DNA of 64,000 nucleotides, taken from Bacteroidia bacterium. Its GTDB lineage: Bacteria > Bacteroidota > Bacteroidia > NS11-12g > UBA9320. Positions 18,080 to 28,838 of this stretch are shown here, one piece after another (position 1 is the first letter of the stretch; each line of letters begins with the position of its first letter). A model generated the notes under the pieces. That model ran no database searches. It saw only the letters and a program-made list of their open reading frames with translations, and was not told the origin of the DNA. The position numbers and the translations under genes were made by a program. Location: assembly GCA_965216465.1 (NCBI GenBank), contig CBDCFW010000001.1:288001-352000 (forward strand), given 5' to 3'.

Positions 18080-18601
18080 ATGAGACCATATAATGAATCC
18101 CATATCGACCGATTGTACTTAAACGCACGTGATATGCTGAACGAAAATAAGGCACCTGAAAGCGTTGAAGTTCTAATCGAAATACTTTGCGAAGACCCAT
18201 GCTATGCTAGAGCGCACACCATGCTTGGTCATATCTATAGCAATATCTTAGTTAACCTAGAAAGAGCCGAAAAACACTATCTGCTTGCGCTTAAATATGC
18301 CAAAGGCTATCCTTATGTGGTAAGCGAATATGCTCGGCATTTATTGGATTGTAATAAGACCAGCGAGTTAATTTTATTCGTTGATGAGCACAGAAACCAA
18401 TTAGGTGTAGATCAAGCTCTATTGCACTTGCTAAAAGGTAACGCTTTAGAAATGAAGGGCCATTTGCACAAAGCAATTAAATGCTACAAGTTGGCCAAAA
18501 TAATAGGTCTTAATATAGATTTCGTAAGAAACGTTGACCATCACATGGACCGTGTAAAAATGAAAATGAGTCGTTTAGCTTGGGCTTATGCAATGTTTTA
18601 G
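18080..18601 (+). CDS. Cytoplasmic TPR-like helical protein
   Basis: DP.YARAHTMLGHIY...AEKHY..AL and LLKGNALE..G...KAI..Y TPR patterns. Start taken at MRPYNE. Confidence 0.78.
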   Translation: MRPYNESHIDRLYLNARDMLNENKAPESVEVLIEILCEDPCYARAHTMLGHIYSNILVNLERAEKHYLLALKYAKGYPYVVSEYARHLLDCNKTSELILFVDEHRNQLGVDQALLHLLKGNALEMKGHLHKAIKCYKLAKIIGLNIDFVRNVDHHMDRVKMKMSRLAWAYAMF

Positions 18602-18627
18602 AATTCTCCCTCCTCGGAGGGGGAATT
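18602..18627. terminator. GC-rich hairpin between the convergent TPR gene and trmD
   Basis: AATTCTCCCTC-CTCG-GAGGGGGAATT; only weak U-tracts. Confidence 0.55.
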
Positions 18628-19310
18628 TATTCTTCATCCAGTAAGTCTGGACGTCTTTCTTGCGTTAACTTTAAAGCTTGTTCGTACCTCCAAGCATCAA
18701 TGTTTGCAAAATGACCGCTGAGCAGGATATCGGGCACCTTCCATCCTTTAAATTCTGCTGGTCTCGTATAAACTGGAGGAGCAAGTAAATCATCTTGAAA
18801 ACTATCCGTAAGTGCAGATTCTTCGTCCGATATTACCCCCGGAATAAGTCTGCATATTGCATCTGTCACGGCTACTGCAGCAATTTCACCTCCACTCAAA
18901 ACATAGCTTCCAATGGAAATTTCTTTTGTGATTAGATGATCGCGAATTCGTTGATCAATGCCTTTGTAATGTCCGCAAAGAATAATAATATTCTTCTTTA
19001 ACGAGAGCTGATTTGCCGTTTTCTGATCGAACAGTTCTCCATCCGGACACATGTAAATTATTTCATCGTAATCTCGCTCTTTTTGTAAGGCTTCAATACA
19101 GGCGAAAACAGGTTCACAGCGAATGACCATGCCGGCTCCTCCCCCATAAACAGTATCGTCGACCTGCTTATAATTTCCTAAACCATAGTCTTTGAGATTG
19201 TGTAATACGATTTCTACAATGCCTTTGTCCTTGGCCCGCTGAACTATGCTGTGATTCAAAGGGCTTTCCATCAATTGAGGCTGAACAGATATGATGTCTA
19301 TGCGGTGCAT
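18627..19310 (-). CDS. trmD: tRNA (guanine37-N1)-methyltransferase TrmD
   Basis: [46 protein letters not shown]. Confidence 0.98.
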   Translation of the reverse strand: MHRIDIISVQPQLMESPLNHSIVQRAKDKGIVEIVLHNLKDYGLGNYKQVDDTVYGGGAGMVIRCEPVFACIEALQKERDYDEIIYMCPDGELFDQKTANQLSLKKNIIILCGHYKGIDQRIRDHLITKEISIGSYVLSGGEIAAVAVTDAICRLIPGVISDEESALTDSFQDDLLAPPVYTRPAEFKGWKVPDILLSGHFANIDAWRYEQALKLTQERRPDLLDEE

Positions 19311-19810
19311 TAAATATCGAGTAATCCGTTTGGTAAGTTAAGCCAAATTTCTTGATTCTCGGCAGAAATGTAGTCGATAAAGTCCTCAACTAAGGGAATC
19401 AAGCATTCTTTGTTCTGGTAGTCTACCACCAAAATAATCTGTTGAGGTAGTTCCTGTACATCCTTAACTATTCCGATTGTACCTAAGTGTTTATCTACAA
19501 GTTCAAACCCTAAGAAGCTAATCTCAGACTCTTCTTCTTGAACCTTTGCAAGATCTAGGAAAATTGAATTTCGAACCAACTCCTGGGCTTCATCAAATGT
19601 AGTCACAAATTCGAGGTTTAAAACCGGTTCATTAGGTTTTCCTTTCATTGCAAGAATTTTGAAAGGAATAAATTGACCTTCAATTTGAACAAAAATAAAG
19701 TCGCCCTGATCAAGAGCGACTTTTTTATTAAGTGTTATTTGAATTTCTCCTTTAAAACTATGTGGACGACTAATGTGTCCGATATTTACCAAGTCATCCT
19801 TGGAAATCAT
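19310..19810 (-). CDS. rimM: Ribosome maturation factor RimM
   Basis: [16 protein letters not shown]-barrel C-terminus LIPLVEDFI...LPNGLL; located between rpsP and trmD. Start taken at MISKDD (19810). Confidence 0.95.
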   Translation of the reverse strand: MISKDDLVNIGHISRPHSFKGEIQITLNKKVALDQGDFIFVQIEGQFIPFKILAMKGKPNEPVLNLEFVTTFDEAQELVRNSIFLDLAKVQEEESEISFLGFELVDKHLGTIGIVKDVQELPQQIILVVDYQNKECLIPLVEDFIDYISAENQEIWLNLPNGLLDI

Positions 19811-19814
19811 AATT

Positions 19815-20447
19815 TTAAGCTTGTTCTTCTTCTGCTGGTGCTTCTGGAGCTGCTTCTTCAGTAGCTTCTTCAGCAACCGTTTCTTGAGCAGCAGTTTCCT
19901 CAGCAACTGCTTCTACTTCAGGAGCTGCATCTTCAGCTGGTGCTTCAGCAACTTCTCCTTCTGCAGTTTCAGCTTCTTCTTCAGTAACTTCAGGAGCATT
20001 CTTTTCAGCAATTGCTTTTTCAATAGCTTGTCTCTTCTCAACCTCTTTCTGGTGAGCAGCAGCTTGAGCATCAGCTTCAGCTTGAGATAAACCATCTTTT
20101 TTCGCTTGAATTCTACCTTCTTTTTCCTCTAACCATGCAGCAAATTTTGCATCTGCTTGATCTTGAGTTAACGCACCTTTTGCAACACCTTTGTTTAAGT
20201 GATGCTTGTGCATTGCTCCTTTATAAGATAAAATAGCTCTGCAAGTGTTTGTTGGAATTGCTCCGTTTCCTAACCAACGAACTGCGTCTTCTAAGTTAAG
20301 ATCAATTGTTGCAGGATTGGTATTCGGATTATACGAACCAATTCTTTCAATAAATCGACCATCCCTAGGAGCACGCTCATCCGCCGCTACGATGTAGTAA
20401 AAAGGCTTCCTTTTTCTACCGTGTCTTTGTAATCTAATCTTTACCAT
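19815..20447 (-). CDS. rpsP: 30S ribosomal protein S16 with long acidic C-terminal extension
   Basis: [41 protein letters not shown]; Glu/Ala-rich tail. Confidence 0.98.
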   Translation of the reverse strand: MVKIRLQRHGRKRKPFYYIVAADERAPRDGRFIERIGSYNPNTNPATIDLNLEDAVRWLGNGAIPTNTCRAILSYKGAMHKHHLNKGVAKGALTQDQADAKFAAWLEEKEGRIQAKKDGLSQAEADAQAAAHQKEVEKRQAIEKAIAEKNAPEVTEEEAETAEGEVAEAPAEDAAPEVEAVAEETAAQETVAEEATEEAAPEAPAEEEQA

Positions 20448-20580
20448 TTCTGTTTTCTTTAAAAACTCTGTTAGGCCTCCCAACTCTAACAGGGCTGCAA
20501 AAGTCGTTATTTTAATGAAATTTGCAACACTTTAACCTGTTTTTATTAATTGGCTCTAAGAATAGGATTTTAACCAACCG

Positions 20581-23493
20581 CTAACCAGCATCCGATTTAA
20601 GACAAACATGGAAACTAACAATGGTACCTGATTCTTTCGGATTGAGCTTGCTACGGTCTCTTAAAAGCAACTCGCTGCTTACTTCTGAGTTTTGATTTAT
20701 AAGCTTTAAGTGCTCTCGTATTAGCTGCAATCCTTTCGACTTATGAACGCTATTTTCTGTCGCACTTCCTATGCCTATTCCGTTATCTATTACCTCAACG
20801 TCTAAACACCTAAAGTTACTGCTATAATTGATATGTATACTTATGCTGCCAGGCCCTTGCATTGCATTAAAAGCATGTTTAATACTATTTTCAACTATGG
20901 GCTGAATCAAGTGTGGTGGAATTTCAACCTCTTCTTCAAGCAGTGCATCGTCACAAATAATTTCGTAAGTAAATTTTTCAGGAAACCTCAATTTTTCCAA
21001 CTCAAGGTATTCTTTTAAATATTCAATTTCCTCTTCTAACGTTATTCTTTTGAGGTCAGAATAATTTAGGCCCTTCCTCAATAAGCTTGAGAACATGGCG
21101 ATATATGTGTTTGCTTCTTCCTTTTTATCTTCAAAAAACAAGTGCTGTATTGAGTTGAGTGCATTGTATATGAAGTGAGGATTAACCTGTGATTTGAACA
21201 TCCCTAACTTCGCATTTGTCGCTTGAATGCTTGCCTCCTGTGCCAGGATAGTTTTCTCGTTAATTAGTTTTTGAACATTCAGTTCACGTATTTTCAATTG
21301 GGCTTTTCTGCGCACATAAGCCCAAATGAATGAAGCTAAAATCAATCCAATGAGAGTAATAAACCACAATTTCTGTGTAAAATGTTTTTCAACTACAAAC
21401 TCTATCAACTCTGGCTTACTCCAAATATTGGCACTGTTCCTTGCCTTTACTTCAAAGCGGTAACTTCCGTTCGACAAATTAATGAATTGAGCAAAACGGT
21501 CACCAGTGAAATAGGAAAGTAGCAATCTACCATTATGGTATAGTGAAACTGCATACATTTTATCTTTAAAGGGTTCAAAATTGGTGAGGCCGCTGAACTC
21601 AATTCTTACATTATTTCTATTATTGCTTAACGAAGTTCCAGACTTAAAGGAAACCATGTCTCCTAACACAATAGCCTGATTTAGTGCAACTTTCGGACGA
21701 ACATGAGTTCTAAATGCTCGAGATAAAGGAAAGATATTTATTCCATCCTCACCCGCAACATGTAAAGAATCGTTATAAAGAAGTGCATCTATTACTTCCG
21801 TATTAATTAACCCATTCGATGAATTAAAAACATTTTGAATACTAAGTGTATTACTGTCCTTATCAAAATTACATACTACAACGCCCTTGCTAGTAGATAA
21901 GACAACAACATCTTGATAAACCGAAACGTTGTTTACTTTTCTAAAAGGAAACTTTTCTTCATCAAAAAAAGACCGCACATCTGAAGTGCTCAAGTTAAAA
22001 TTTAGAAGTCCATTATCGATAGTTGACACCCATAATACTTCTCCATCTACCATCATCTCCGATACCCTAATGCTATCCTTGATTATTTGTGGAGGTCCAA
22101 AATGTATGAAAGTATCTTCTATTGCATAATCGACAAAGTACAAGTCACGAGGAGAGGCCACGTAGACCCGGTTATCGACCACTGTCGTGCGTGTCCCTAA
22201 AAGTGCTAAACCGTTCCAAAATACAGGAGTTAATTGCTTCCGATTTTTGAACACTGCTCGTAGATGTCGATCTATTTGAATTTCCTCATCCAAATCATTA
22301 GTCATTGCTGTAATACTCTCTGTATCAAAATAGTTATTGACTAGTTCCAAGCTCTTGTAATTAATTACCTTGTTGTTTCTCAGAAATATGTTTTGATTAT
22401 CGTTATAGATTCTATAATGATAATCATCCATAAAGTAATCAACTTTGAGAGCATCGTCTTCGATATGAGATAAAGCTCCAATTTGCATGGCATATACCTT
22501 ATCGTCTAAGACTTTCAAATCGGTAATGAGGTCATCGTAATTATAAATTACTGTTCCCTGTTGTTCTATAAGTTTCGTTACACCTCTGTTATGGAGACTT
22601 AGCCAGGCAACCCCCTCATAATCAATGCAGACATCAGTGACCAATACTCCAGGATATAATATTTTATCAATGCTTGTGAAAGAATCGTTGAGGACCATAA
22701 CGCCCATATCGGTACACAACCAATTTTCACCATAAACTTTTGCATAGCGAACATAGAGTGAGGTTACTTCGAGCTCAAATAGTGTATCTCTTTGCTTATT
22801 GTAAATGTATACCTGCTTTCCAGCCGCAAAAGCAAAATGATTCTCGCTCATCTTCTCTGCATATTCAATTTGTAACTTGTCGAACAGCAGATGATCCCCT
22901 AAATGCCTGTAAGAAGGATCATTTGTAATAGGCGGACGACGTGGTGTAAAAAACGCTTTGTCTTCGTCAATAAAGAGTTGGGAAGACTTAATATTTTCAT
23001 CTTTTACCACAACCAGCACCGTATCCTTCACTTCTAGTTGCTTATAAAATCGATAAGTTGTAGTTAACTTTAATCTATTATCCTCATCAAAACTGTAGGT
23101 ATTAATTCTCTTCCCTTTTAAAAAGTTTTGAAATTTACAAGCCTTAAATCGGTCTTCGCTTTTTGAGTAAACATATAAGCCATCGTCATAACAATTTACA
23201 TAAAGCACACCATTTTGATCGAATTCCATATCTACCACAAGCAGATTTCCTAGACCTTCATTTAGTCCATAGGTTTTAAACTCATGGTAGTTGTAACGAA
23301 CCACGCCTCGATCGGTTCCTAGCCACAAGAAACCTTCGTTGTCTTGAACTACATTGTATATCTCGTTACTTGGAAGTCCTTGCTTTACGGTAAAATTCAC
23401 ATCAGCATAACCTTCAACATCTTGAGCATGAGCTATTTCACAAAGCGAACCAATAGCAATCAAAAATAATAACAGGTAAATTCTAGCGGTCAT
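20581..23493 (-). CDS. LytS/YehU-type sensor histidine kinase with periplasmic beta-propeller and Y_Y_Y domain
   Basis: GLPSNEIY..QD.EGFLWLGT propeller repeats; NLSNGSYRFEVKA; one TM helix; SQVNPHFIYNALNSI; IQPIVENSIKH; DNGIG. Start may be 23502. Confidence 0.92.
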   Translation of the reverse strand: MTARIYLLLFLIAIGSLCEIAHAQDVEGYADVNFTVKQGLPSNEIYNVVQDNEGFLWLGTDRGVVRYNYHEFKTYGLNEGLGNLLVVDMEFDQNGVLYVNCYDDGLYVYSKSEDRFKACKFQNFLKGKRINTYSFDEDNRLKLTTTYRFYKQLEVKDTVLVVVKDENIKSSQLFIDEDKAFFTPRRPPITNDPSYRHLGDHLLFDKLQIEYAEKMSENHFAFAAGKQVYIYNKQRDTLFELEVTSLYVRYAKVYGENWLCTDMGVMVLNDSFTSIDKILYPGVLVTDVCIDYEGVAWLSLHNRGVTKLIEQQGTVIYNYDDLITDLKVLDDKVYAMQIGALSHIEDDALKVDYFMDDYHYRIYNDNQNIFLRNNKVINYKSLELVNNYFDTESITAMTNDLDEEIQIDRHLRAVFKNRKQLTPVFWNGLALLGTRTTVVDNRVYVASPRDLYFVDYAIEDTFIHFGPPQIIKDSIRVSEMMVDGEVLWVSTIDNGLLNFNLSTSDVRSFFDEEKFPFRKVNNVSVYQDVVVLSTSKGVVVCNFDKDSNTLSIQNVFNSSNGLINTEVIDALLYNDSLHVAGEDGINIFPLSRAFRTHVRPKVALNQAIVLGDMVSFKSGTSLSNNRNNVRIEFSGLTNFEPFKDKMYAVSLYHNGRLLLSYFTGDRFAQFINLSNGSYRFEVKARNSANIWSKPELIEFVVEKHFTQKLWFITLIGLILASFIWAYVRRKAQLKIRELNVQKLINEKTILAQEASIQATNAKLGMFKSQVNPHFIYNALNSIQHLFFEDKKEEANTYIAMFSSLLRKGLNYSDLKRITLEEEIEYLKEYLELEKLRFPEKFTYEIICDDALLEEEVEIPPHLIQPIVENSIKHAFNAMQGPGSISIHINYSSNFRCLDVEVIDNGIGIGSATENSVHKSKGLQLIREHLKLINQNSEVSSELLLRDRSKLNPKESGTIVSFHVCLKSDAG

Positions 23494-23541
23494 AGCCAAC
23501 ACCGTTCAAACATACGAAATCTAGGAAGAATGAGAAACGAC

Positions 23542-24087
23542 CTAATCCAGCAATTTTCGAACTTTATCTGCATTCCAATCTGCAGCACCAATTTTCTTAA
23601 TCACAATATTACCTTCCTCAGAGATCAAGAATGTAGTAGGCAGGCTTCGAGATTGCAAAAGGGTTGGAGTAGTCGAAACTGCCTGATAAACAGGCAAGGT
23701 GTAGTTTCCTTTTTCGATGAATTTATTCACCGCATCGTGATCATCATTGGTAACGAATAAGAAAACTGCTTTGTCTGAATAATCGTTATACAGTTGCTGC
23801 ATACTTGGCATCTCTGCCACACATGGAGGGCACCATGTGGCCCAGAAATTTATTAGTATCTTCTTCCCTTTAAAATCAGAAAAATTAACCTGATTTCCTG
23901 CTTGATCTCTTAATTTCCAATTGTAATCACTTAAAACATCTTGGTCATCCTCCGAGGTTGTACCTGGTGCAAAAGCAAATACTCGGTTAATAAACACCTT
24001 AACGGGCATGCGTGTTTGAGGAAAAACCATTAATCCTAAAAAAATCAACAAAAGGATGTTAGACCAGTGCTTCTTGATAAAATTCAT
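23542..24087 (-). CDS. TlpA family thiol-disulfide oxidoreductase
   Basis: INFWATWCPPCVAEMP; N-terminal membrane anchor; LPTT cis-Pro motif. Confidence 0.93.
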   Translation of the reverse strand: MNFIKKHWSNILLLIFLGLMVFPQTRMPVKVFINRVFAFAPGTTSEDDQDVLSDYNWKLRDQAGNQVNFSDFKGKKILINFWATWCPPCVAEMPSMQQLYNDYSDKAVFLFVTNDDHDAVNKFIEKGNYTLPVYQAVSTTPTLLQSRSLPTTFLISEEGNIVIKKIGAADWNADKVRKLLD

Positions 24088-24137
24088 CTGCAAATGTTAA
24101 TTAATTAATTCCTAGTTAAATTAACACAGGTTACACA

Positions 24138-26957
24138 TTAAGGTTTGGGCTCAGACTCTCTAAATTTTCTTAGGTTGTAGCTAAACGACAGCATCACGTA
24201 TCGGGTAAGCACATTGGTATTTGTTTCTTGATAATAACTATCGTAAAAATTTTGAGCCACATTGTTGTTCTGACCTAAAATATCGTACATGCTCAATTGA
24301 ATCTCCCCTCTTTCATTTTTGAACAGCTGCTTTCCTATACCAGCTGTCCATAATAGCACGGTGTTATCCAATTCGTCACTCAATCCGAAGAACTGCTGAT
24401 GTTGCAGTTGCGTTCTAATCGTTAGCCCATTTTTAAAAATCCAGTCGTACTTCACCTTGCTATTTTGAATCAAATATTGGGTGTTCAAATCGCTGCTTAA
24501 AGAGTTCATTGAAGTACTGTATCCTGATTCAGATGATATGGTAAAGTCAATATACTCACTGATATTGCTGCTTAAAACCAGTCCAAAACTGTAGTTTTGA
24601 TTAAATGTGTTTGACACTCTTCCATTAATTTTGGAAGGAATATTGCTAATTCCAGCAGACAAATTTAGATTCACATTACTTTTAATCTTCTTAAATGGAA
24701 AACCATAGGTTACAAATGCATTAGAAGAATACTGCCCATCAAGATTTTCAGGGTTGGTCAACTGGGTTCCAGCTGCCATTGGAACACCCAAGTATGAGGT
24801 ATCGTTTCGAGCAGTAAACGTATTTTGACCTATATAATTTTGAGCTATAGACCCATTAATCATAGCATAAAAAATGGTACTCTTCTTTGTATTAGCTCCA
24901 TTATATTTCGCCATTAACCAATGGCCGTATTGTTGATTTAGATCCGCATTCCCTGTAGACAATTGGAGCGGATTAGAATTATTCACTGTATTGGTAAGTT
25001 GTGATGCTTGAGGTGCAATCGTGTACGTTCTGTACATCGTAAAGAAGCTTGACTTATTCTCAAATCTCTTACGATAAATTGCAAATGGTAAAAAGGCATT
25101 AAATGTTTTATTTACCGAATCAGAAATTGGCAAAACCTGATCATTTGCCAATTGTGCAATTTGGTACTTTAAACGAACAACAAAACCACCTTCACGATTA
25201 AATTTTCTGAGACCAATTCCTCCCATTTGGGTTAGCCATGAATTATCATATTGTGAAGACAAAACACTATCCAACGTTGTATTAATCAGTCCAAAAGGAT
25301 TTTGGTACGTATTGGTATTTACTTTGCTTTGGGTATTTGTAATATCGTAAGAATAAAATGACCCCAACCCCTTTTCTCCTATCGGTTCAGAGTACATTAC
25401 ACTTCCAGTTAGGCCATTTGTTCTTTCGTCAAGTGCTGAATTCTGGTACAGTGAGTCAACATCTAGATTCGAAGCATTAAATGAGTTCAAATAAGCATTG
25501 CCATCGTTTCCATCTATATCGTGTTTTGCTTGCACAAAGAGTGATCGTCCTCTTTTCTCACCGTTCAGTCTAAACATTAAATTGTTTGATAGAGAATATG
25601 CATTTAAATCACTAGTAAGCGTCTGATTCAAGGCATTTATTACCGAACCTTCTTGATTAGTATTACTGATTAAATCACTAGAACCATTGTTCTGCTGGAT
25701 GGTAACCCTCGGTATATAAAACAGCGAAGCTCTTTCGTTGATTTTATATACAATTTTAGCATTTAGCTTATGGTTAATGTTGGTTGAAGAGCTTGAATCT
25801 AGCTCGTCGTACTCTTGGCCATTTGAATTTGGCAAATAGTATAGTTGATAGGTGTTTTGTTGTGTTTCATTATTTCCTTGATTGTAGAAATAACTGCTGC
25901 TCACTTCAATTTTCTTACCCCAATTGTCTTGATAGTTTAGTCCGCCAGCTACTGTTTGAGTAAGCCCTCCACTTTGAGAAACCTGAAAATCACGAGCGCT
26001 AGACCCAGCGGAGAACCCAGTTAAAAATGAAGGTCTTCCTCCTCCTGGACCTCTACTTCCTCGTCTTCTTCCTCTTCCTGAAGAATTATCTCCTACCACA
26101 CCCAAAAGATCTTCAGTAGAAAAATTTTGTTGATTAATGTTATTGACTTGTCCTAGAACCGATAGCCTTCTTTCCCCTCTAAAGACATTAATATTTGCTC
26201 CAGCACTATATCTATCATCGGTTCCTCCTCCAGCATAGACTCTTCCAAATTCTCCATTACGCATATTTATCTTGGTAACTACGTTTAACGTCTTAATCCG
26301 CGTACCATCATCAATTCCACTGGCCTTGCTTTGCTCGCTTTGATCGTCAAAGACTTGAATTTTATCAACCACCTCAGCAGGTAGTGTATTTAAAGCAGTT
26401 TTAGGATCCTGACCAAAGAATTGCTTTCCATCAACTAAAACCTGTTGCACCTTTTCTCCTTGGGCTCTAAGTTCTCCATTAACATCTTGAATTCCCGGCA
26501 TTTTTTCAACCAGATCCTTTGCACTTGCATTTTTATTGGTTTTATAAGCCTTCGAACTAAATGAAGTTGTATCGCCCGACACCGTTGCTTGCAATGCTTC
26601 TCTTTTTACTTCAACACCTTCAATATCTGCAGTTGAAGCTTTTAGCTCAATTGTACCTAAATATTCATCTCGCCAGAAGCGAAAGTTCTCAACATAAGGT
26701 TCATAGCCTAAATAGTTAATCTTTAAAGTATACTCTCCTCGTTTAAGATCGATACTAAACCTTCCTTTTTCGTCCGTAACCGCACCACCAGCAAGTGTGC
26801 TGTCAGGCGAAATGATAAAAACTGTCGCTCCAATTATTGGCTCTTTTGATTCAGCGTCTTTAAGTTTACCGCCCAAAGGATAGGTAGTTTGTGCTGTTGA
26901 CGAAAGGAATGACAATATTCCAATCACAGCCATAACTAGGGTTAAAAACCTTTTCAT
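24138..26957 (-). CDS. Outer-membrane beta-barrel / TonB-dependent receptor-like protein with N-terminal carboxypeptidase-regulatory-like domain
   Basis: Signal peptide; EPIIGATV..TDEKGRF..Y.L.INYLGY; DLVEKMPG, LVDGKQFFG.DP; C-terminal RYVMLSFSYNL. Start taken at MKRFL. Confidence 0.88.
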   Translation of the reverse strand: MKRFLTLVMAVIGILSFLSSTAQTTYPLGGKLKDAESKEPIIGATVFIISPDSTLAGGAVTDEKGRFSIDLKRGEYTLKINYLGYEPYVENFRFWRDEYLGTIELKASTADIEGVEVKREALQATVSGDTTSFSSKAYKTNKNASAKDLVEKMPGIQDVNGELRAQGEKVQQVLVDGKQFFGQDPKTALNTLPAEVVDKIQVFDDQSEQSKASGIDDGTRIKTLNVVTKINMRNGEFGRVYAGGGTDDRYSAGANINVFRGERRLSVLGQVNNINQQNFSTEDLLGVVGDNSSGRGRRRGSRGPGGGRPSFLTGFSAGSSARDFQVSQSGGLTQTVAGGLNYQDNWGKKIEVSSSYFYNQGNNETQQNTYQLYYLPNSNGQEYDELDSSSSTNINHKLNAKIVYKINERASLFYIPRVTIQQNNGSSDLISNTNQEGSVINALNQTLTSDLNAYSLSNNLMFRLNGEKRGRSLFVQAKHDIDGNDGNAYLNSFNASNLDVDSLYQNSALDERTNGLTGSVMYSEPIGEKGLGSFYSYDITNTQSKVNTNTYQNPFGLINTTLDSVLSSQYDNSWLTQMGGIGLRKFNREGGFVVRLKYQIAQLANDQVLPISDSVNKTFNAFLPFAIYRKRFENKSSFFTMYRTYTIAPQASQLTNTVNNSNPLQLSTGNADLNQQYGHWLMAKYNGANTKKSTIFYAMINGSIAQNYIGQNTFTARNDTSYLGVPMAAGTQLTNPENLDGQYSSNAFVTYGFPFKKIKSNVNLNLSAGISNIPSKINGRVSNTFNQNYSFGLVLSSNISEYIDFTISSESGYSTSMNSLSSDLNTQYLIQNSKVKYDWIFKNGLTIRTQLQHQQFFGLSDELDNTVLLWTAGIGKQLFKNERGEIQLSMYDILGQNNNVAQNFYDSYYQETNTNVLTRYVMLSFSYNLRKFRESEPKP

Positions 26958-27018
26958 ATATTCTAAGACAATATTATTTGGATTTTGATTCCAAAGAATC
27001 AAAAATTAGCTGAAATAA

Positions 27019-28686
27019 TTATTTCAATCTATCCTTGATGTTCAAGTTGTGCTGTCTTGCCGTATCTAATGCAATATCATATCCTGCATCGGCATGACGA
27101 ATTACACCCATTGCTGGATCATTATGAAGAACTCGTTTCAATCTTCTTTCTGCATCTTCAGTACCATCTGCTACAATTACCATTCCGGCATGTATTGAGT
27201 ACCCGATACCAACTCCTCCACCATGGTGTAAACTAACCCAACTAGCACCACCAGCTGTATTGATTAAAGCATTAAGAATTGGCCAGTCAGCGACAGCATC
27301 GCTTCCATCTTTCATCGCTTCAGTCTCTCTGTTAGGAGAAGCTACCGAACCAGTATCCAAATGATCTCTTCCTATAACGATTGGTGCTTTCACTTTTCCT
27401 TCTGCAACCAATTTATTAAATAGTAATCCGGCTTTTTCTCTTTGGCCTTGACCTAACCAGCAAATTCTACAAGGCAAACCTTGAAACTCAATTTTTTCTT
27501 GTGCCATGGTTATCCAACGCCCTAAGCCTTCATCCTCTGGGAACAACTCAAGAATTGCCTTGTCTGTTTCATAAATATCTTGTGGATCTCCACTTAAAGC
27601 CGCCCATCTAAACGGGCCTCTTCCTTCGCAAAACTGAGGCCGAATAAATGCAGGTACAAAACCAGGAAAATCGAATGCATTCTCAACTCCATGTTCAAGT
27701 GCACGTCCTCTAAGGTTGTTTCCATAATCAAAAGTAATGGACCCTTTCGACTGAAAATCAATCATTAAGCGAACATGCTTAGCCATAGTATCATAAGCTA
27801 AGGCAATATATTTATCAGGATCTGAGTTTCTTAGTTCTTCTCCATTTACTGCATCAATTCCTTCAGGGAAATATCCAACAAGGGGATCGTGAGCTGAAGT
27901 TTGGTCAGTTAACAGCTCAGGAATAATATTCCGCTCCATCAGTCGCTCTAGTAATGTTACGGCATTTCCAAGCCATGCAATGGAAATTGCTTCACCATTC
28001 TTTTTAGCCTCAATAGCTCTGTCAATTGCAGCATCAAGATCCTTCTCCATTACATCGCAATAGCGTGTTTCTAATCTTTTTTCGATTCTCCACTCTTCAA
28101 CCTCAGCAGCTAAGCACACACCTTCGTTCATTGTAACGGCGAGCGGTTGTGCGCCACCCATACCTCCTAGACCAGCAGTAACAGATAGCGTTCCCTTTAA
28201 AGTACCACCAAAATGCTGTCTGGCCGCTTCTGCAAATGTTTCATACGTCCCTTGCACAATACCCTGAGAACCGATATAGATCCAACTTCCTGCGGTCATT
28301 TGACCATACATCATTAAGCCTTTCGCTTCAAGGTCTCTAAAATGATCCCAGTTTGCCCAATGCGGCACAAGCTGAGAATTGGAGATAATAACACGAGGAG
28401 CATCTTTGTGAGTAGGCAGAATTCCGATTGGCTTACCACTTTGAACAAGTAAAGTTTCATCCTCGTTAAGGTCTTTGAGTGCCTTTACAATTAAATCATA
28501 ACTCTCCCAATTTCTTGCAGCTTTACCTGTACCACCATAAACAACCAAATCTTCAGGCCTTTCGGCTACGTCTGGGTCTAAGTTATTCATGAGCATTCTT
28601 AGTGCTCCTTCTTGTACCCAGCCTTTAGTATTTAATTGGTCTCCATAAGGAGCTCTGATTATCCTTTTTTGAGAAGTTGTGTCCAT
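27019..28686 (-). CDS. hutU: Urocanate hydratase
   Basis: [59 protein letters not shown]. Confidence 0.98.
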   Translation of the reverse strand: MDTTSQKRIIRAPYGDQLNTKGWVQEGALRMLMNNLDPDVAERPEDLVVYGGTGKAARNWESYDLIVKALKDLNEDETLLVQSGKPIGILPTHKDAPRVIISNSQLVPHWANWDHFRDLEAKGLMMYGQMTAGSWIYIGSQGIVQGTYETFAEAARQHFGGTLKGTLSVTAGLGGMGGAQPLAVTMNEGVCLAAEVEEWRIEKRLETRYCDVMEKDLDAAIDRAIEAKKNGEAISIAWLGNAVTLLERLMERNIIPELLTDQTSAHDPLVGYFPEGIDAVNGEELRNSDPDKYIALAYDTMAKHVRLMIDFQSKGSITFDYGNNLRGRALEHGVENAFDFPGFVPAFIRPQFCEGRGPFRWAALSGDPQDIYETDKAILELFPEDEGLGRWITMAQEKIEFQGLPCRICWLGQGQREKAGLLFNKLVAEGKVKAPIVIGRDHLDTGSVASPNRETEAMKDGSDAVADWPILNALINTAGGASWVSLHHGGGVGIGYSIHAGMVIVADGTEDAERRLKRVLHNDPAMGVIRHADAGYDIALDTARQHNLNIKDRLK

Positions 28687-28838
28687 TGCCGGCAAATGTA
28701 ATAACTACATTTTTGAAATGAATGGTATTTCTGCTTACAATATACATTTCTAGACAATCTTTTATCTGGTGATGTTAATGCAATTTTTCAAATTAAAATT
28801 TGTCGGTTATCTTCGTAAAAGTACTGCAGCTACACATC

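Noticed and set aside
19811-20095. Lys/Leu-rich N-terminal extension of rimM and ORFs 19773-20090 and 19913-20095
   Set aside because: Alternative-frame readings of the low-complexity Glu/Ala tail of rpsP.
19815-20100. Long acidic S16 tail and GCTTCTTC-type repeats as a novelty or repeat array
   Set aside because: Extended S16 is common in Bacteroidota; the repeats are just Glu/Ala codons.
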